This document shows positions 45,866-60,264 of a DNA stretch of 64,000 nucleotides, in pieces. The DNA comes from Tricharina praecox. Its lineage: Eukaryota. The notes beneath the pieces were generated by a model, which saw only the letters and a program-made list of their open reading frames with translations, did not search any database and was not told the origin of the DNA. Numbering within the stretch: the stretch's first letter is position 1; every line of letters begins with the position of its first letter. The stretch spans positions 62,001 through 126,000 of the forward strand of contig NW_026250432.1 of the NCBI RefSeq assembly GCF_024521635.1, read 5' to 3'. The translations under genes and the position numbers were made by a program.

Positions 45866-47130
45866 TTACATGGCGGCACCAGAGATGAAGAACCACTTGT
45901 CGACGGAGGGGTCGATGGGGGCGGGGGCCATATTCTCGTTGGCGGGGATCGGGGGGATCTGGGAGGGGTCCACACGGTGGGAGGAGTGGGAGACAGTAAG
46001 ATTAGAACTGCAGATTTGTCAGTTGGGATTCAGTTTGGATATAACGTCATTGAACTTACAGCGAGATGGTGTTGGGGTCGGTCTTGCCGGTGATCAACTT
46101 CTCCCAAGCCTCAGCACACTCACGGATGACATCCATGGCGTACCTACGGAATATTAGTATGCTATCCAGTCATTGAGAGCGATAAGAGGCATACTTCTTG
46201 TTCTTACATTCGCCGGAGAAGGCGAACTGGTTCTCGGGCTTTCCGTCGGGGATCTTGTAGATGCGGAACCACTCGTTGGTGGCACGCAGAAGACCCGGAA
46301 GGTGACGCTCGACGTCCTCGATGTCTAGCAATCCCCGTGTTAACCGGCAATCATGGTGAGTGAGCAACGATATGGGTTCACATACCATTGAGCTTGGGGG
46401 CAAGAGGGTCCTTCTCGTCGATAACGATGACCTTCCAGTCGGTCTCCTCCTCGTCAAGAAGAGCCATGATACCAAGGACCTTGACGCGCTTGATCTGGCC
46501 GGGGTAGCCAACGTGCTCACCAATCTCGCAGACGTCGAGAGGGTCGTTATCACCCTTGGCCTTTGTCTCGGGGTGAATGGTGTTGGGGTCCTCCCAAGTC
46601 TGTCCCAGCATATCAGCACCATCCAAACAGGCGGAATTGTAGTTAAGTATCGTACCTGAGGGAAAGCACCATAGTTCCAGAGGTAACCCTTGTGGGGGAA
46701 GCAGTTGCGGACGAAGCGGAGTTTGCCCTTCTTGATATCCTGCTTGATGGGATTTAGGAGCTCCTCCTTGGAGATCTATTTTGTTGCGCGAATTCGTTAG
46801 AGCCGCTGCTTGAAAAACGAAGCGGACGGGGAAATCACAAACCTCAAGCTTTCCATTGGTCCAGCGAGGAATCTCAACGACCATGTTCAAGAGAGTCTTC
46901 TGCTCGCTATTCACCCCCAGATGTCAGGCTCCTCATCATATCCATCAGAGACGGAACATACTTGGCGTAGAGCGGGATGTCGTGGAAGGGGGAGACAGGG
47001 ACGCCATCCTTCTCGATGTAGATGCGGTGCTCTGTTGTATACAGTGTTAGAAGTCGGTTTGATCGTCGCGAGAGATGGAATCCGTACCGAGAGTATTGGG
47101 CGCGCCAACCTTGCGGGCGGTGTAAGCCAT
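45866..47130 (-). CDS. IPP1: Inorganic pyrophosphatase (multi-exon; possible upstream mitochondrial exon reaching 47477)
   Basis: [86 protein letters not shown]. Confidence 0.95.
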
Positions 47131-50061
47131 GTCGAGTGAAGTCGATGAGAAATGCCGTGCTATCTGATGGAGTAGGGATGGTTAACAATTGCACTGTCTC
47201 CAGCCGCAAAGTCGATTGAAGATGGTGTTTGATGACGGTGATGAAGAATTGTCCCAAAGGTTGATGACAGAAGGCCGGGCGAGCGGGCAGGCGGGCGTGC
47301 GGTGGGGTAGAGGGGTAGGGGTGATGATGGGGGAGGGGTAAACGGGATGAAACCTACCAGAGCACTGCGTGCAGAGGGTGATGAAGAAAGAGTCGACAGT
47401 TTTGAAGGTCTGAGGAGAAAGAACAACGCGGTCGACGGTATTCTTACTCGGCAGAGGCGGGGCACCGAGCACACCATATGTACTTCTTATACTGCAATGG
47501 CCTTGTCACTGCTCGGCTTCGTGCAGCTCGCCAGGAAGGGTTTTAAAGGACTTGGCGCTTTCGGACTTCCACATAGTCGTTGATAGGTACTAGGGTATTT
47601 TTTAGGGTATCTGCACACAACGTGCAGTGAGGTTTACGCAGGGCAACATTCCGATTGCTTCAAATATGAGATATACCTACTAGGTAGCATTTACCTCACT
47701 TCCGCTGAACGTCACGAAATAACTATATCGGTGCATGGGGGGCTAATACTGTACGATCAACCTCAACTTAACCGAAAACTCAACCGATTGAGCGTGTTCA
47801 GGTGGATACAGGAATAGAGTATTTCTTGGACCTATGTCACTCGTGATACTTACAGGTACATGTACATAACATAACAGGAGTCCGGACGAGTGAAGTGTCT
47901 TGGAGACCACTAGGTATTGTGGTGTCTTGGCGCCCCGCCGAGAGACTCGCGAGTCGCCAGTCGCGATACCACCGCGATATCACGACACAGTGGATAGGAT
48001 AGGAAAAACTTGTAGAATTGTAGTCTACATGTCCAAGAATTACTACTAGCGAGTAAAGCCCCAGCTGTTACGATACAAAGTAACTACCGTTGTCGGCATA
48101 CCATCCACCCATTTGTATATGGGTCATGGCAACTCTTGCTACACCTGCTGTACAGCTCAAATACCTAATCTCCTCCTACCCATGGGGTTGTAAATTTGGA
48201 TCCTCATGATGTCCCCAGACCGTTGTTTCCATATGACCACAGACTCTCAATGGGGTTCATGTTTGGTGAGTGAGGCGCCCAAGCTAACCTAAGGATACCG
48301 CTCATCAGACGAAACATGCGTGAAGGCCGAAGTGTAGGTAGCTGGCTCCGTCCTTATTAGTATGAACATGAGATGGTAGACAGTGAGAAAATCAAAGCGC
48401 CGGGACGGTTGAGGGTACAGTGAGTCCAGGTTTAAAGTTGGAGTCTGAAGCTTGCAGATGGCACGGTTGACTGAGCGAAGATGGGCACCCAAGTAGGGAA
48501 ATTTAACGGTTCAACAGATTGACCCTTCGGCTCCACCACCGTGGAGAAATCTTTCCCAGTCCGTGATAATTCAGTTTCCCGGACAGCCGGACGACACACA
48601 CACTAGTGGATCGGCCACGCTAAAAATTTTCGAGCTCTACATATGGGGCACCCAGTCGGGTTCGGTACCTCCGGTGTGGACTGCCTTGACCCGGAAAACA
48701 CCTGCTCCAGGCGGCCCGACGCCGCCGGACCCCCGTCCGGACGTCCTATTCCTTGCCCTGTATATCCCCCGTCACGAACTCGATGGGGATGCGATAACTA
48801 CTACAATCGCCGCCACGATGGCCCGTTTAGCTTCGAGCTCATTCAAGCGCTTCGGTACAACCATCAATCCGACAACTACATATCGGTATAGGTATTGTGT
48901 CCTTCATAGTAGCTCGAAGTTAGCCTTGATATGTAGTTTGTAGCAGCGGCGAAACAAAACGGCCCAATTCACGAGGTTGGTTCCACTTGAATTTCCTCTA
49001 GATTCTGCATGGCCGTCGCGGCCGGGGACAATCCTCATCTTGAGGTCACCAATTATACCTAAAGCACGTCTCTCCGAAGTGAGAACGTGGCCCGAAAAAG
49101 GTAACCGATGGTAGCCGGTCCATCCGGGATCGATATAAAAGTATACTGAAGACCAGCTAGAGTAAAGCTGGAGGGGTTTTATAGCTGTCACCAGGCTGTT
49201 TAGAAGCGTGGACGAGAGGACGGTACGAAGAGTGGACGAGTGGATGCTGAAATACTTCCCTTTACCGCGCACCTGGTCCGACTTCACCGCCCATATTGCG
49301 ACCCTATTCGAGTAGAATCGTTTTGTCCCAATTGGGCCGGTGGCCTTGGCGCTAAGTATATTCTGCGCATCCGCAACGCCCTGTTCCACCCCATGTTTCT
49401 CAAGTTCACAAGAATCCAATCGAGCAGTGATGAGTGCCCAAGTGCGTAAGTCGTCCATACTTCCTATTCATGTGTATCTGTTGGTTGGTTGGCTGTCTCA
49501 ACGTGATGAGCTTTCTCTCCTGCCACAACCTCCGGACGAATTATGCTGTGTTTTAGCTTAGTCATGGGGTGATTCTACGGCTTGCGGGGGAATCCACTCA
49601 GCCACCTAGGCAACTGCAACCGTCGATTGCCGGTTCTAGTAAATAACCCATGCGTTCAGGGTCACAAGCCCAGCCGAATCCTTCCCGCCTGGTGAGTCGG
49701 ACCTTGGAGGTGGCGGGGTAATGGGCACTACCGTAGTCACATCCGAGTGCCACTTTGTGCAGCGGCTGGTGCCGGATTTTGTGGCCGCGGGCATTGGCGG
49801 TATCTGGGGTAAGTGGCCATGACGGATTCCCGCTGGACCTTCGGCTTACCTCGTCGAGCTCCACCCAGCTACCTATTTAATCACTACCCCCGCCGTACGT
49901 AACTATCTCTGCCCATCCTCGTTCGCCCACTTAGCTTGTGAACACTTGTCAATTCCCGCCCATCCCGCCCCCCACAGTTTTCCTTTGCATTGCATCGTCG
50001 CGGTCGTGAGCTGTCCGATTGGCCCTTGGTTGTCTTGCTTGTTATAAAGGGCACCTGAGCT

Positions 50062-52198
50062 ATGTTTACCTCCCACAAAGCTGTCTCTTGCTCCCTCCTC
50101 CGTCTCCCAGCTATCCTTCGCCCCGCCACTTCTCTCGCGAAACCTCATCAGTACCTCAGAATGTCGACTCCAACATACCCAAACTACTCTGCTACCCGCC
50201 CGCTCCATGCCACTTCTCACCGCCTCAACACGACTATCCCCTCCGCTTCGGCGGTGGCCTACCCCGTGACCCACGATAAGATCGTCAGCCCGGTGAACAC
50301 GCGCAACTTCATCGACAACGAAGCCGTCGAGTCCCAAGCGAGCGAATGGATTGACTTGCACGATCCCGCTACGAACAATCTGATCACTCGTGTTCCACAT
50401 TCTACCCAAGCCGAGCTCAAGGCGGCTGTAGATTCGGCCGCCAAGGCCTTCCCTGGATGGAAGAGCACCAGTCTGCTCACTAGGCAGCAGATCATGTTCA
50501 AGTTCGTGGCCTTGATCAGAGAGAACTGGGATAGACTGGCTGCGAGCATCACGTTGGAGCAGGGAAAGACCTTTGCCGATGCTAAGGGTGATGTTTTGAG
50601 AGGACTGCAGGTGGCGGAGGTTCGTGACGCCAACCCATTGACGGAGGGCAATCGCTAATTGTTTCCAGACTGCTTGCGGTATCACTACGCAGATGACTGG
50701 TGAGGTTCTCGAGGTGGCAAAGGATATGGAGACGAGAAGCTACAGGGAACCATTGGGTGTTGTGGCGGCTATCTGTCCGTTCAGTATGTTCTTCGATAAG
50801 ACCTCCCTCGTTGAGTGTTTGCTCATGCTACATAGACTTCCCTGCCATGATTCCCTTATGGTGCCTACCAATCGCTGCGGTTACCGGTAACTGCATGGTC
50901 ATGAAGCCTTCGGAGAGAGAGTCAGTCAATCTTCTACGAGGCAGGAACTATGGCTGACCGAAATAGCCCTGGTGCGGCCATGATCATTGCGGAATTGGCT
51001 AGAGAGGCCGGATTCCCGGACGGTGTCTTCAACATCGTCCACGGGGCCCACGACGCCGTCAACTTTATTCTAGACGAACCCAGAATCAAGGCTATCAGCT
51101 TCGTCGGCAGCGACAAGGCTGGAAACTACATCTACAGTCGCGCGTCTGCCAATGGCAAACGTGTGCAGGCAAACCTTGGAGCCAAGAACCATGCGGCGTA
51201 AGTTTTCAATCCCCCGGACTACTGTGCAACCGGTGCTGACGGCTTCAAGTGTTCTGCCAGATGCAAACAAGAATGCCACCATTAACGCAATCATCGGAGC
51301 TGCCTTCGGTGCCGCCGGTCAGAGATGTATGGCGCTGTCAACGTTGGTCCTGGTCGGAGAGGCCAAGTCCTGGTTGCCTGAAATTGTCGAGAAGGCGAAG
51401 CACCTAGTTGTCAACGCCGGGTTCGAGGAGGGTGCCGACCTTGGCCCTGTAATCTCGCCACAGTCCAAGGAGAGGATCGAGTCTTTGATCCAGAGCGGTG
51501 TCGACGAGGGTGCGACGCTTTTTCTTGACGGACGTGGCTACAAGCCGGAGAAGTACCCCAATGGCAACTTTGTAAGACTCTCGTAGGCACTCGGTCATTC
51601 ATACCGGTCTTTACTAATCGCATTCAGGTTGGCCCCACCATCCTCGCGGATGTTACCACCAGCATGAAGTGCTACACTGAGGAGATCTTCGGACCTGTCC
51701 TCGTCTGTCTCAACGTCGATACTCTTGAGGACGCCATCGACCTGATCAACTCCAACAAGTACGGTAACGGAGTTGCCGTCTTCACCAACAGCGGTGCCAC
51801 TGCAACCCGATTCCAGCGCGACATCGAGGCCGGACAAGTTGGAATCAATACTCCCATTCCTGGTAAGATTTGTGCTTTGCGCTGGATTATTCCCTTCGGT
51901 AGCTGACGTGGAGCAATAGTGCCCCTTCCCATGTTTTCCTTTACCGGAAACAAAGGATCAATCGCTGGCGGAAGTGGTCACTACTTCTATGGCAAGGCTG
52001 GATTGAACTTCTTCACACAACTCAAGACCGTTACTGCGTAAGAATCCTCGAACTCCCCGTCATGTCGAAGCTGCCAATTTTGGCGCCATAGTCCGTAATG
52101 TGCCGAATAGTTGCTGATGTGCTGGCTCGAACAGGCTGTGGAGAAGCGAAGATGCTGTAGCTACAAGAGCTACCACCGTGATGCCCACGCACTCATAG
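50062..52198 (+). CDS. Methylmalonate-semialdehyde dehydrogenase (ALDH6 family), mitochondrial, multi-exon
   Basis: [83 protein letters not shown]; basic N-terminal presequence. Confidence 0.93.
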
Positions 52199-53048
52199 GC
52201 CATCGCCGTCTGTGAAAGATTGGCAACCTAGAGATGTCTTGTTTTTGTTTTCGTCCGGTCCGGTATCTGTACATAACGAGTTTATGATATGCTGCTACTG
52301 CTACCATTCCTTTCGTCGTTGCCTTATCTGAAGCGCATCTGAAGCGTCACAGATCTAATCTTGCACGCTCACGGGACTTGCTGCAAGGTACCATTTCATT
52401 GGCGCATGCAACGAAACAGTCGTCTGACGATTCCACGTGAACCTTCACCAAGCTCCGAGAACCCGGCGGCGGGGGAAGAAGTGACATGTTAATATCAGTC
52501 ATGATAAATCTTCGTGTTTAGTTCCATTACATAGGCGAGAAGCCTACCTAGAACCTAGAAGCAAGTGAAGCGCCCGCCGCCGCAAGCTATTCGTTTATCG
52601 GAAGAGATAAGGGCCATGCGCAGACAGCTTGGCGAGGAATAAACCTTCACCTCGCCGTCTAACGCTGCGGGTAGGGATTGCAGAAGTATGTGGAGCCTGT
52701 GATGACTATCAGTGCTAACTAACCGAGAATGGCGGGGATGATGGCATTTTGCCTTTTTTATGGACCGAATAAGACGACGGTTGGATAGAGGAGGCCGGGG
52801 AGAACGGTTGCATATAGTACATAGAGCAACTGGGCTCCCGAGGAAGAGATCTGGTGTGATGTCTGTGATACCTTAAGCTTCCCCCTCTGCCCTGTGCCAT
52901 CCTATCCTGCTTCTTCCTTCCCTCAACCCACAACACCATCTCCACCACCTACAAACAGCTCTACAACTCGAACGCACACGCAATATATCACCTCACTTAG
53001 TACCTCGAATAGTACCCACAACCCCCCTACAGACAAACTACTACAACC

Positions 53049-53756
53049 ATGTCTACCGAGCCCGTCTACTCTCACGGCCGTGGAGGTACGTACCTACTCT
53101 ACATACATAACATCAAGCATCACCCCACTAGTTCTAAACACACTACCCAGAGCTTCACTCACCATGCCGGGCCTCCCTTGAACATGAATGAATGAATAAG
53201 CTGACGGCGCCGTCTACCTCCAGGCCAGGGCAACATCGGCCCCGACAACACGGAGTACGTTGACGGCGAGATCCGCCGCGAAGAGGACCCCACGGCTTCC
53301 GGGGGCGCGTACTCCACCGGCGTACGTCACAGCCACCACCTATACCTATTACACTTCCATTTACAATACCGCGGTTGCCCAGCTAGTTACTGACGGACGG
53401 ACGTGTGGATAGCGCGGCGGAGCAGCGAACATCGGGTCACCCAGGGTTACCCCGGTGAAGACGTCGAAGCACGACGACGACATTATTCCCGAGGCGGCGA
53501 TGGTCAAGCCCGACGATAAGTACCATGCCGGCCGCGGTGGAGAGGGGAATGCCTTCGTAGGCGGCGAGCGGGTCGAGGAGAAGAAGAATACACACAATGG
53601 ATTGGCCGATAAGCTCAAGAGTGAGTTTGAAGCTCCCCGGTGGTGGTTGTGGTGGTGGTGGTGGTGGTGGTGGTGGTTATGGTGGTGGGATGCATATGGC
53701 TGACACCGGATGTGCGCGCAGAGAGATTGTCCGCCATCATGGCGAAGTTCAAATAG
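53049..53756 (+). CDS. Small fungal GRGG-repeat protein (DUF3602-like), 4 exons
   Basis: MSTEPVYSHGRGG|QGNIG, YSTG|RGGAANIGSP, YHAGRGGEGN, GLADKLK; GT-AG introns. Confidence 0.7.
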
Positions 53757-54536
53757 TCACGGACTACATAACTGGACTCATGACATGACATGATATGACT
53801 TGACTTGACGGGTGGTTTGATTTGTCTTGACTGACTGGCTTTGCGGGGCGGGAGGTTTCACTTGTTTGCGCGTTTATTTAGGAACTGACGGCCGTCTTCG
53901 GTAATGTGGGGGAGTTAATAGGATCAAGAGGCTCTTTTGTTTTTGTTTTTTTCTCTGCTTTTCTTTCGGGGAGAGGGGGGGAGGAGGGGAGGATGTATGG
54001 CGGAGGCTGGATGCTCGATACCTTGGGGGAGCTTTGTGTTCTGTTCTAATGATTCTGCTTTCTTGTTCATGCTTTGGGAATGGGGATGGGCAATATACCG
54101 TTTGCGAACTGTACGATGGGGTGAACCAGTCAAGGCATGAGATTGAAGCAACGCCCCGGAAGGAAGACGAACCACATCACCATCCAACTCCAGTTCCGCA
54201 ATCATCGAGATCTCCGAGCGAAGGGAATCGTCGATTCGCCACATGTTCCAATCAATGAGAACCTTCGCTTAGAGATCTCAGCTGAACGTTGATATGTTTC
54301 GTTCCATTCCGAAGTTTCCTCCATTGGTGCTATGTGTTCGCACCGTAATAATGGCTGGTATACATGATATTCGTGCCATCCCCCCACGCGCCTACGGAGT
54401 AGTAGTACCACTCACAAATGTGGTATCGGTATCATGGCCTCGTCGGGCCAGCTTGTTCGCGCTCTCGGGCCTTTTATACAATGCCAATTTCTCCCCATCC
54501 TCGCTCCCGTCCTTATGCGCTCCGTCCGTTCTTTCA

Positions 54537-54990
54537 TTACTGCGACTTCTTGTCCTCGCCCTCGGCCGCATCCTCCGTCATGGCGACGATCACATACGCA
54601 ATCAGTACTACATTGGCCGCCACTGCCGCTAGCGCTCCTGCTACCGTAGATTGTCCTGCGCGCGCGCGTGTTAGCCGGGGAGGGGGAGGGGAGGTGATGG
54701 TAGGTGTGCGAGGGTGGGTCGTACCGACGAAGAGGGAGGTCACAGAGATGTAGTAGGTTCCGAGCGGCGCTGTGATCATGGCGAACGTGAAGAGGAGAAG
54801 TTTGGCGACTACGGAGCTGCAAGTACGGATTGTTTGTTAGTGACAGCTGTCGAGGCTGGTGGGACAGGTAGGTAGCTTACCCAGGCACATTGAGGGACGC
54901 GGGTTGCTTGGTCGCGATGAGCGCTTCGGGAGCTTTCTCGGAGGTGGAGGGCACAGGCTGCTCAGCCTTGACGTTTCTGCGGGTGGCCAT
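54537..54990 (-). CDS. VMA21: V-ATPase assembly factor Vma21
   Basis: VVAKLLLFTFAMITAPLGTYY, GALAAVAANVVLIAYVIVAM, C-terminal KKSQ ER-retrieval motif; two introns. Confidence 0.88.
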
Positions 54991-55654
54991 GGTGTTTGGG
55001 CGTGGGGTTTGTTGGCGTGATGGTCGTGAGAGTAGGTAGTGGGTGGTGATGCGAAGGGACACTTCGTTGTGTGCTGGGCAATTGCTAATTACATGTGTAC
55101 TGTATGTATGACCTGCGCGGCTCTTTGATTTCAGCCGCGCTAGTCCGCACCACTCAGCTAGTTATCTTTTGCGATGTATTTTGAGCCTTGAAGTACCACT
55201 CAACCTCGAGGTGCTCTGAGACGTTGGCTAGCTTTCAACTTTCGCCATAAAACCTTCGTTCCCACTCCACAACTTCCTTCCTCCTTCATACTCCACGACT
55301 TCATCCTTCGTTCACACTCCACAACTTCATCCTTCTTGTTGTTCTCTCCTAGGTGCTTCTCCTTCTCCTCTTTCTCTCTCACTCGTTCCGTCTTCCTCCC
55401 TTGATTGGTGCGTACCTTGTCTTGGCAGCGCACTTCCACTTGCCGCCCCACGTCTTTTTCCCAGCCTAACCCTGTCGCGACCAGTCACTACTTTCCGCGT
55501 TCTCCTCGAGACATCCTCCTCACCAAACTTCCTTCAACCACCCACTCACTACTCTCCACCACCACGCATCGCTACAACAATAACACCACGACCACCCATC
55601 GCTACTCCAACAACAGCATCACACTACACGCGCTTCTTTTCCAACACAACCGAC

Positions 55655-58600
55655 ATGGCTTCTACTGGTACAGTAAGGCCGTCGGCTTTCGAAGACGAAG
55701 ACACGTCGGCCAAGCGCAGAAAGATCGCGTACGATTCCGAGAACGATAGCGGCGATGAGCTCTTCGATGGATACATAGAAGAGGCGACACTACCCTTGAA
55801 CACGGCCACCCCTACACAGCTGCTCAATAGCTTGATTAGCCCCTCGAAACCTAACGGTGTATATTCGAGTGTTGCGACACAACCACTCACATCATCTCCT
55901 CCTCCACTGTCCTCCTTTACGACTCAGCCAACACAAGCTTTACCAACACCAACCAAGCCGACACAGCAAGCCCTCCTTCCTCCCCCTACTCCGACGCCCG
56001 CTGTCCAGGTGGAGGCTTCGTCGCCGATCACCAAATCGCCGCTCAAGCCATCCGTGGAACAGTCGCAGTCGAAGCCTGCTCTACCAGAAGATGGCAGCGT
56101 CAGGCCTTTTGAATTCTATGCGACAAAGTCTGCCAATCCCAATGCCGAAGCCGATGCCGGTGAGGCCCTTACGAAGCCTATCAAACTCGATGACGATGGT
56201 CCGATTTACATTGGCTCTTCTTCGGAAGATGAGGACAAGCACACGTTCAAGCCCGTGTTTGGTAGTAGCCCTGTCAGACGCCCAATTCCTTCCCTGAGCG
56301 CCATCCGTGGTCGCAAGGAGCACGCCCTGTCGCCTCCAGCTTCGGTTCCCGAGTCGCCGATGGGGAAGCCGTTGACCAGACTGCCTTATGAACCGACGAA
56401 GGCTAGCAAATTACCTTACGATCCGACGAAGAAGACGGGAAGGTTGGATTCATTGGCGAGACGGCCTCTTCCGGTTGGTGTTAGCGCATCCATGCAACGA
56501 CGTCCTGAACCAGCTACGAGCGCGGCGGATATCTCAGTTGAGAGCATTAGCAATGTCGAATATCGAGCAACGGTTGCGAGGATGAAGTCGGTGCTACCGC
56601 AGAAGAGGGTTAGTGTGCTTTTGAACGCTTTGATTCAGGCCGGAGGACATTACGATGACGCCATGGAGCAACTACTCAATTCTGTCGATTTGACCGGTGA
56701 AGACGGAGGTGCCACTGCTGCTGCGGCCATCAAGACGGCGAATCGTGGAACTGGAGCCGGTAAAGTGGCAATCAAGGATAAATGGTCGAAGACGCAAGTC
56801 AACAACCGCGACCTCGCGTCTTCCCCGCCAGCTACCACGGTTCCAAAGAAGAGGAAGTTGGTGAGAGGATCTAACAGGACTTCCCGCGAACGAAGCGAAT
56901 CGCCCGCCGCTGCAGTCATCGCTGATGACTCGGATTCCGACGCCGCCGGTGGTTCAGATTCGGAAGATGATCGCGAATTCGAGGTCAAGGTTCTCAGTTA
57001 CATCAACGTCTGTAGTGCCAAAGAGCTTGCCGACATCGCAGCTACTACAGATGAGATTGCGGAGATCATCATCGCCCAGCGACCATACAAATCGATAGAC
57101 GCGATCCGAGAGGTTGCGGTGCCGGCTCCCACCAACGGCAAGAAGAGAGGTGGCAGGAGTAAGCCCATTGGAGACAAGGTCATCGATGTTTGTCTAGAGA
57201 CCATGAAGGGTTACGAAGCGGTCGATTCATTGATCAACAAGGTCGAGGCATTGGGAAAGCCTATTGCGGAGAGCATTAGATCCTGGGGTGTGGATGTTCA
57301 GACCGGAACTACAGCAGGAGAATTGGATATGACTGATCTCCACGTTGGTTCGGATACTGGCTCCGCGAAGGATTCTGGCATTGGGACCCCTACCGATGAA
57401 GGAGACAACGATGTCACTGGAAAGAAGCGCACCAAGACTGTGACCTTCTACGATCAACCCAAGAATATGAAGGAAGGTATCCAGCTGAAGGATTACCAAG
57501 TTGCCGGACTCAACTGGCTCGCCCTACTGTACGAGAAGAAATTGAGTTGCATTCTCGCCGACGAAATGGGTATGTTTATCTTTTGCTTTTCTCTACGTTC
57601 GATACTAACGAATTTCTCTAGGTCTGGGAAAGACTTGCCAGGTCATCTCGTTCTTTGCGCATTTACTCACGAAGGGTATTACTGGTCCTCACCTTGTTGT
57701 CGTACCTTCCTCTACCTTGGAGAACTGGCTGCGAGAGTTCGCCAATTTCTGCCCTGAGTTGAAGGTTGAGCCCTACTACGGTAGTCAGAAAGAGAGACCG
57801 ATGATGAGGGAGATGCTGCGTAAGAACCGCTCGTGGAATGTTCTGGTCACCACATACCAGCTCGCTACTGGAGACAAGAACGACCGAGGCTTCCTGAAGA
57901 GTTTGAACTTCAACTGCTGTGTCTACGACGAGGGCCATCTGCTCAAGAATGGCAACTCCAGCCGCTACGAGGCTTTGGTCAAGCTCCCAGCCGAATTCAG
58001 ACTCTTGCTCACGGGCACTCCACTTCAGAACAACCTCCAGGAATTAGCTTCTCTGCTGGCGTTCATTCTGCCCAAAGTCTTCGACGAGAGGAAGGCCGAT
58101 CTGGCCAGTATTTTTAAGTACAAAGCGAAGACTACGGTCGACGAGGAAGCGAATGCCGCGCTGTTGTCGCAGCAGAGAATCAAGCGGGCAAGGGCGATGA
58201 TGACACCCTTCGTGTTGCGCAGAAAGAAGGCTCAAGTGTTGAAGCATCTTCCGACGAAGACTTCCAGAGTGCAGCTATGCGCTCTGAACAGCGCACAGAG
58301 CAAGATCTACCAGGAGCAGATCGCCAACGCTAGGGAATCCCTCGAAGCTCGTGCTGCCGGAAAGAAGGCCAACAAGTCCAGCAGCAACGTCATGATGCAG
58401 CTCCGGAAGGCGGCCATTCATCCACTCCTGTTCAGATCCAACTACCCCGACGATAAGTTGCGGAAGATGGTGAAGGACATCATGAAGGAGGAGGCGTACC
58501 GCAACAATAACGCGGACTACATCTACGAGGACATGGAGATCATGAACGACCTCGAGTTGACGAGGCTCTGCGAGAACTTCCCGAAGACGATGGGGAAGTA

Positions 58601-59264
58601 CGCCCTCAAGAAGCAGGAGTGGATGAATTCCGGCAAGGTCGACGAGCTGAAGAGCCTCTTGGTCGACATGAAGAAGAACGGGGACCGCGTGCTGGTTTTC
58701 AGCCAGTTCACGCAGGTCCTCGACGTCCTCGAGATGGTGCTCACCACTCTCGATATGGGATATCTTCGGATCGACGGGAGCACCGCGGTTGATGCCCGCC
58801 AGGACCTGATCGACCAGTACCACCAGGAGACCGACATCATGGTTTTCCTGTTGAGCACCAAGGCAGGTGGCTTCGGCATCAACCTGGCCTGTGCCAACAA
58901 GGTGGTGATCTTCGACAGCTCCTTCAACCCCCACGACGATGCTCAGGCGAGCGATCGTGCCCATCGTGTCGGTCAGACGAGACCCGTAGAGGTCATCAGG
59001 TTTGCTCACCCATTCCTTTCCTTTTCCTTCCTTTTTGCAGAACGCTAACATCAAATCAGACTGATCACGAAGGGCACGATCGAGGAGCAAATCCTCCAGC
59101 TTGCGAACACCAAGCTGGCTCTTGACCAGAGTATCAGCGAGGGGGACGAAAAGGCCATCGAGGGCAAAGGGGAGGAGCTGGTGGCGAAGATGTTGCTGCA
59201 GTCTACTGCAGCAACTTCCACCACCAGCCCTCTCGCGGCGAATGACGAGGAGAAGAAGGAGTAG
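55655..59264 (+). CDS. FUN30: SNF2-family chromatin remodeler Fun30/SMARCAD1
   Basis: LKDYQVAGLNWL, ILADEMG|LGKT, DEGHLLKN, LLTGTPLQNNLQEL, FLLSTKAGGFGINL, DRAHRVGQ; CUE-like region in the N-terminus. Confidence 0.9.
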
Positions 59265-60264
59265 ACGGGGGGCCGGGGGGGGGCATAAAAGGTTTTTCTG
59301 CGTGTTTTTTTGTTTTGTTCTGTCTACAATTTCAGGGTAGATTTCTTGACTAGAGTGGTGTGGATTCACGCCAGTTTTTTTCCTTCCTTTCACATTTTTT
59401 TTCCTCCTCTACGTAGGGGGCCGGGATACCTTCATTCGTTCGACACATTTCTTCTCTTGTTTTTCGTTAGGGTAACTCTTGTCTGCGTTCTTACTTTACT
59501 TTACTTTACTGTTGCATGTAAACATCTAGATGGGCGGGGCGGGGCTGCGTGTTGTTGTTTCTTGTCTGTTACTTTGGTTTTTTCCGCTGGCGTTGATAAT
59601 GGAGGTTTGTTGGATGTGTGAGTCGATGCTCAAGTGCAGAGGTTTTGTTGACGCTTGTATGTACGAGTCGGCTAAGGGGGAAGTTGTTTCTAGGCAGTGG
59701 GCGGAGGGGGACAATGGGGGTTACATATGTGGGGGGAGGGAATTGAAGCGGTTCTACATGCTTGAGTGTCCTTGAATATCCGTGAGCAGCGTGCGATACA
59801 TTCAACCACCCCACAACCTAATCGGTGAAGGCATACGATCACTGTGCGCAACTACAATGCCAGTGGACACAACTGCGAGAAGGAGTAACATTGCCGATAG
59901 TTATCGATGTCAGATTGAGGGTTTGGTTTCAGACTTCTAATTAGCCAGGGGTGCAATTGAGCATGCGCAACACACGCAGCTGGTGACCGACCTCAAACCT
60001 GTGACAGACCTGTAACAGAACAGTAATCCAGGACTTCCTTCTGGCGTCCAGGCACGCTTTCGAGCTGTCATCAGATCACGACATCTCACATCCCCAAATA
60101 TGTGCCGAGTGACACTTCGTGGGCCCTTTCGGCCCTTTCGGCTCGGCCATGCCGGGTGCGGAGGATACCTTGATGCCGCGGTGTCATAGATCACAACCCA
60201 GCTAGCTACTGTCCCGCCACCCCGCACCCCACCGCCCCGCACCACCCCCCACCAGACAACCAAC

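Noticed and set aside
53641..53688. (GGT)n microsatellite; also poly-G near 24375-24389 and poly-A near 34458-34479
   Set aside because: Simple repeats in introns or intergenic DNA with no further structure.
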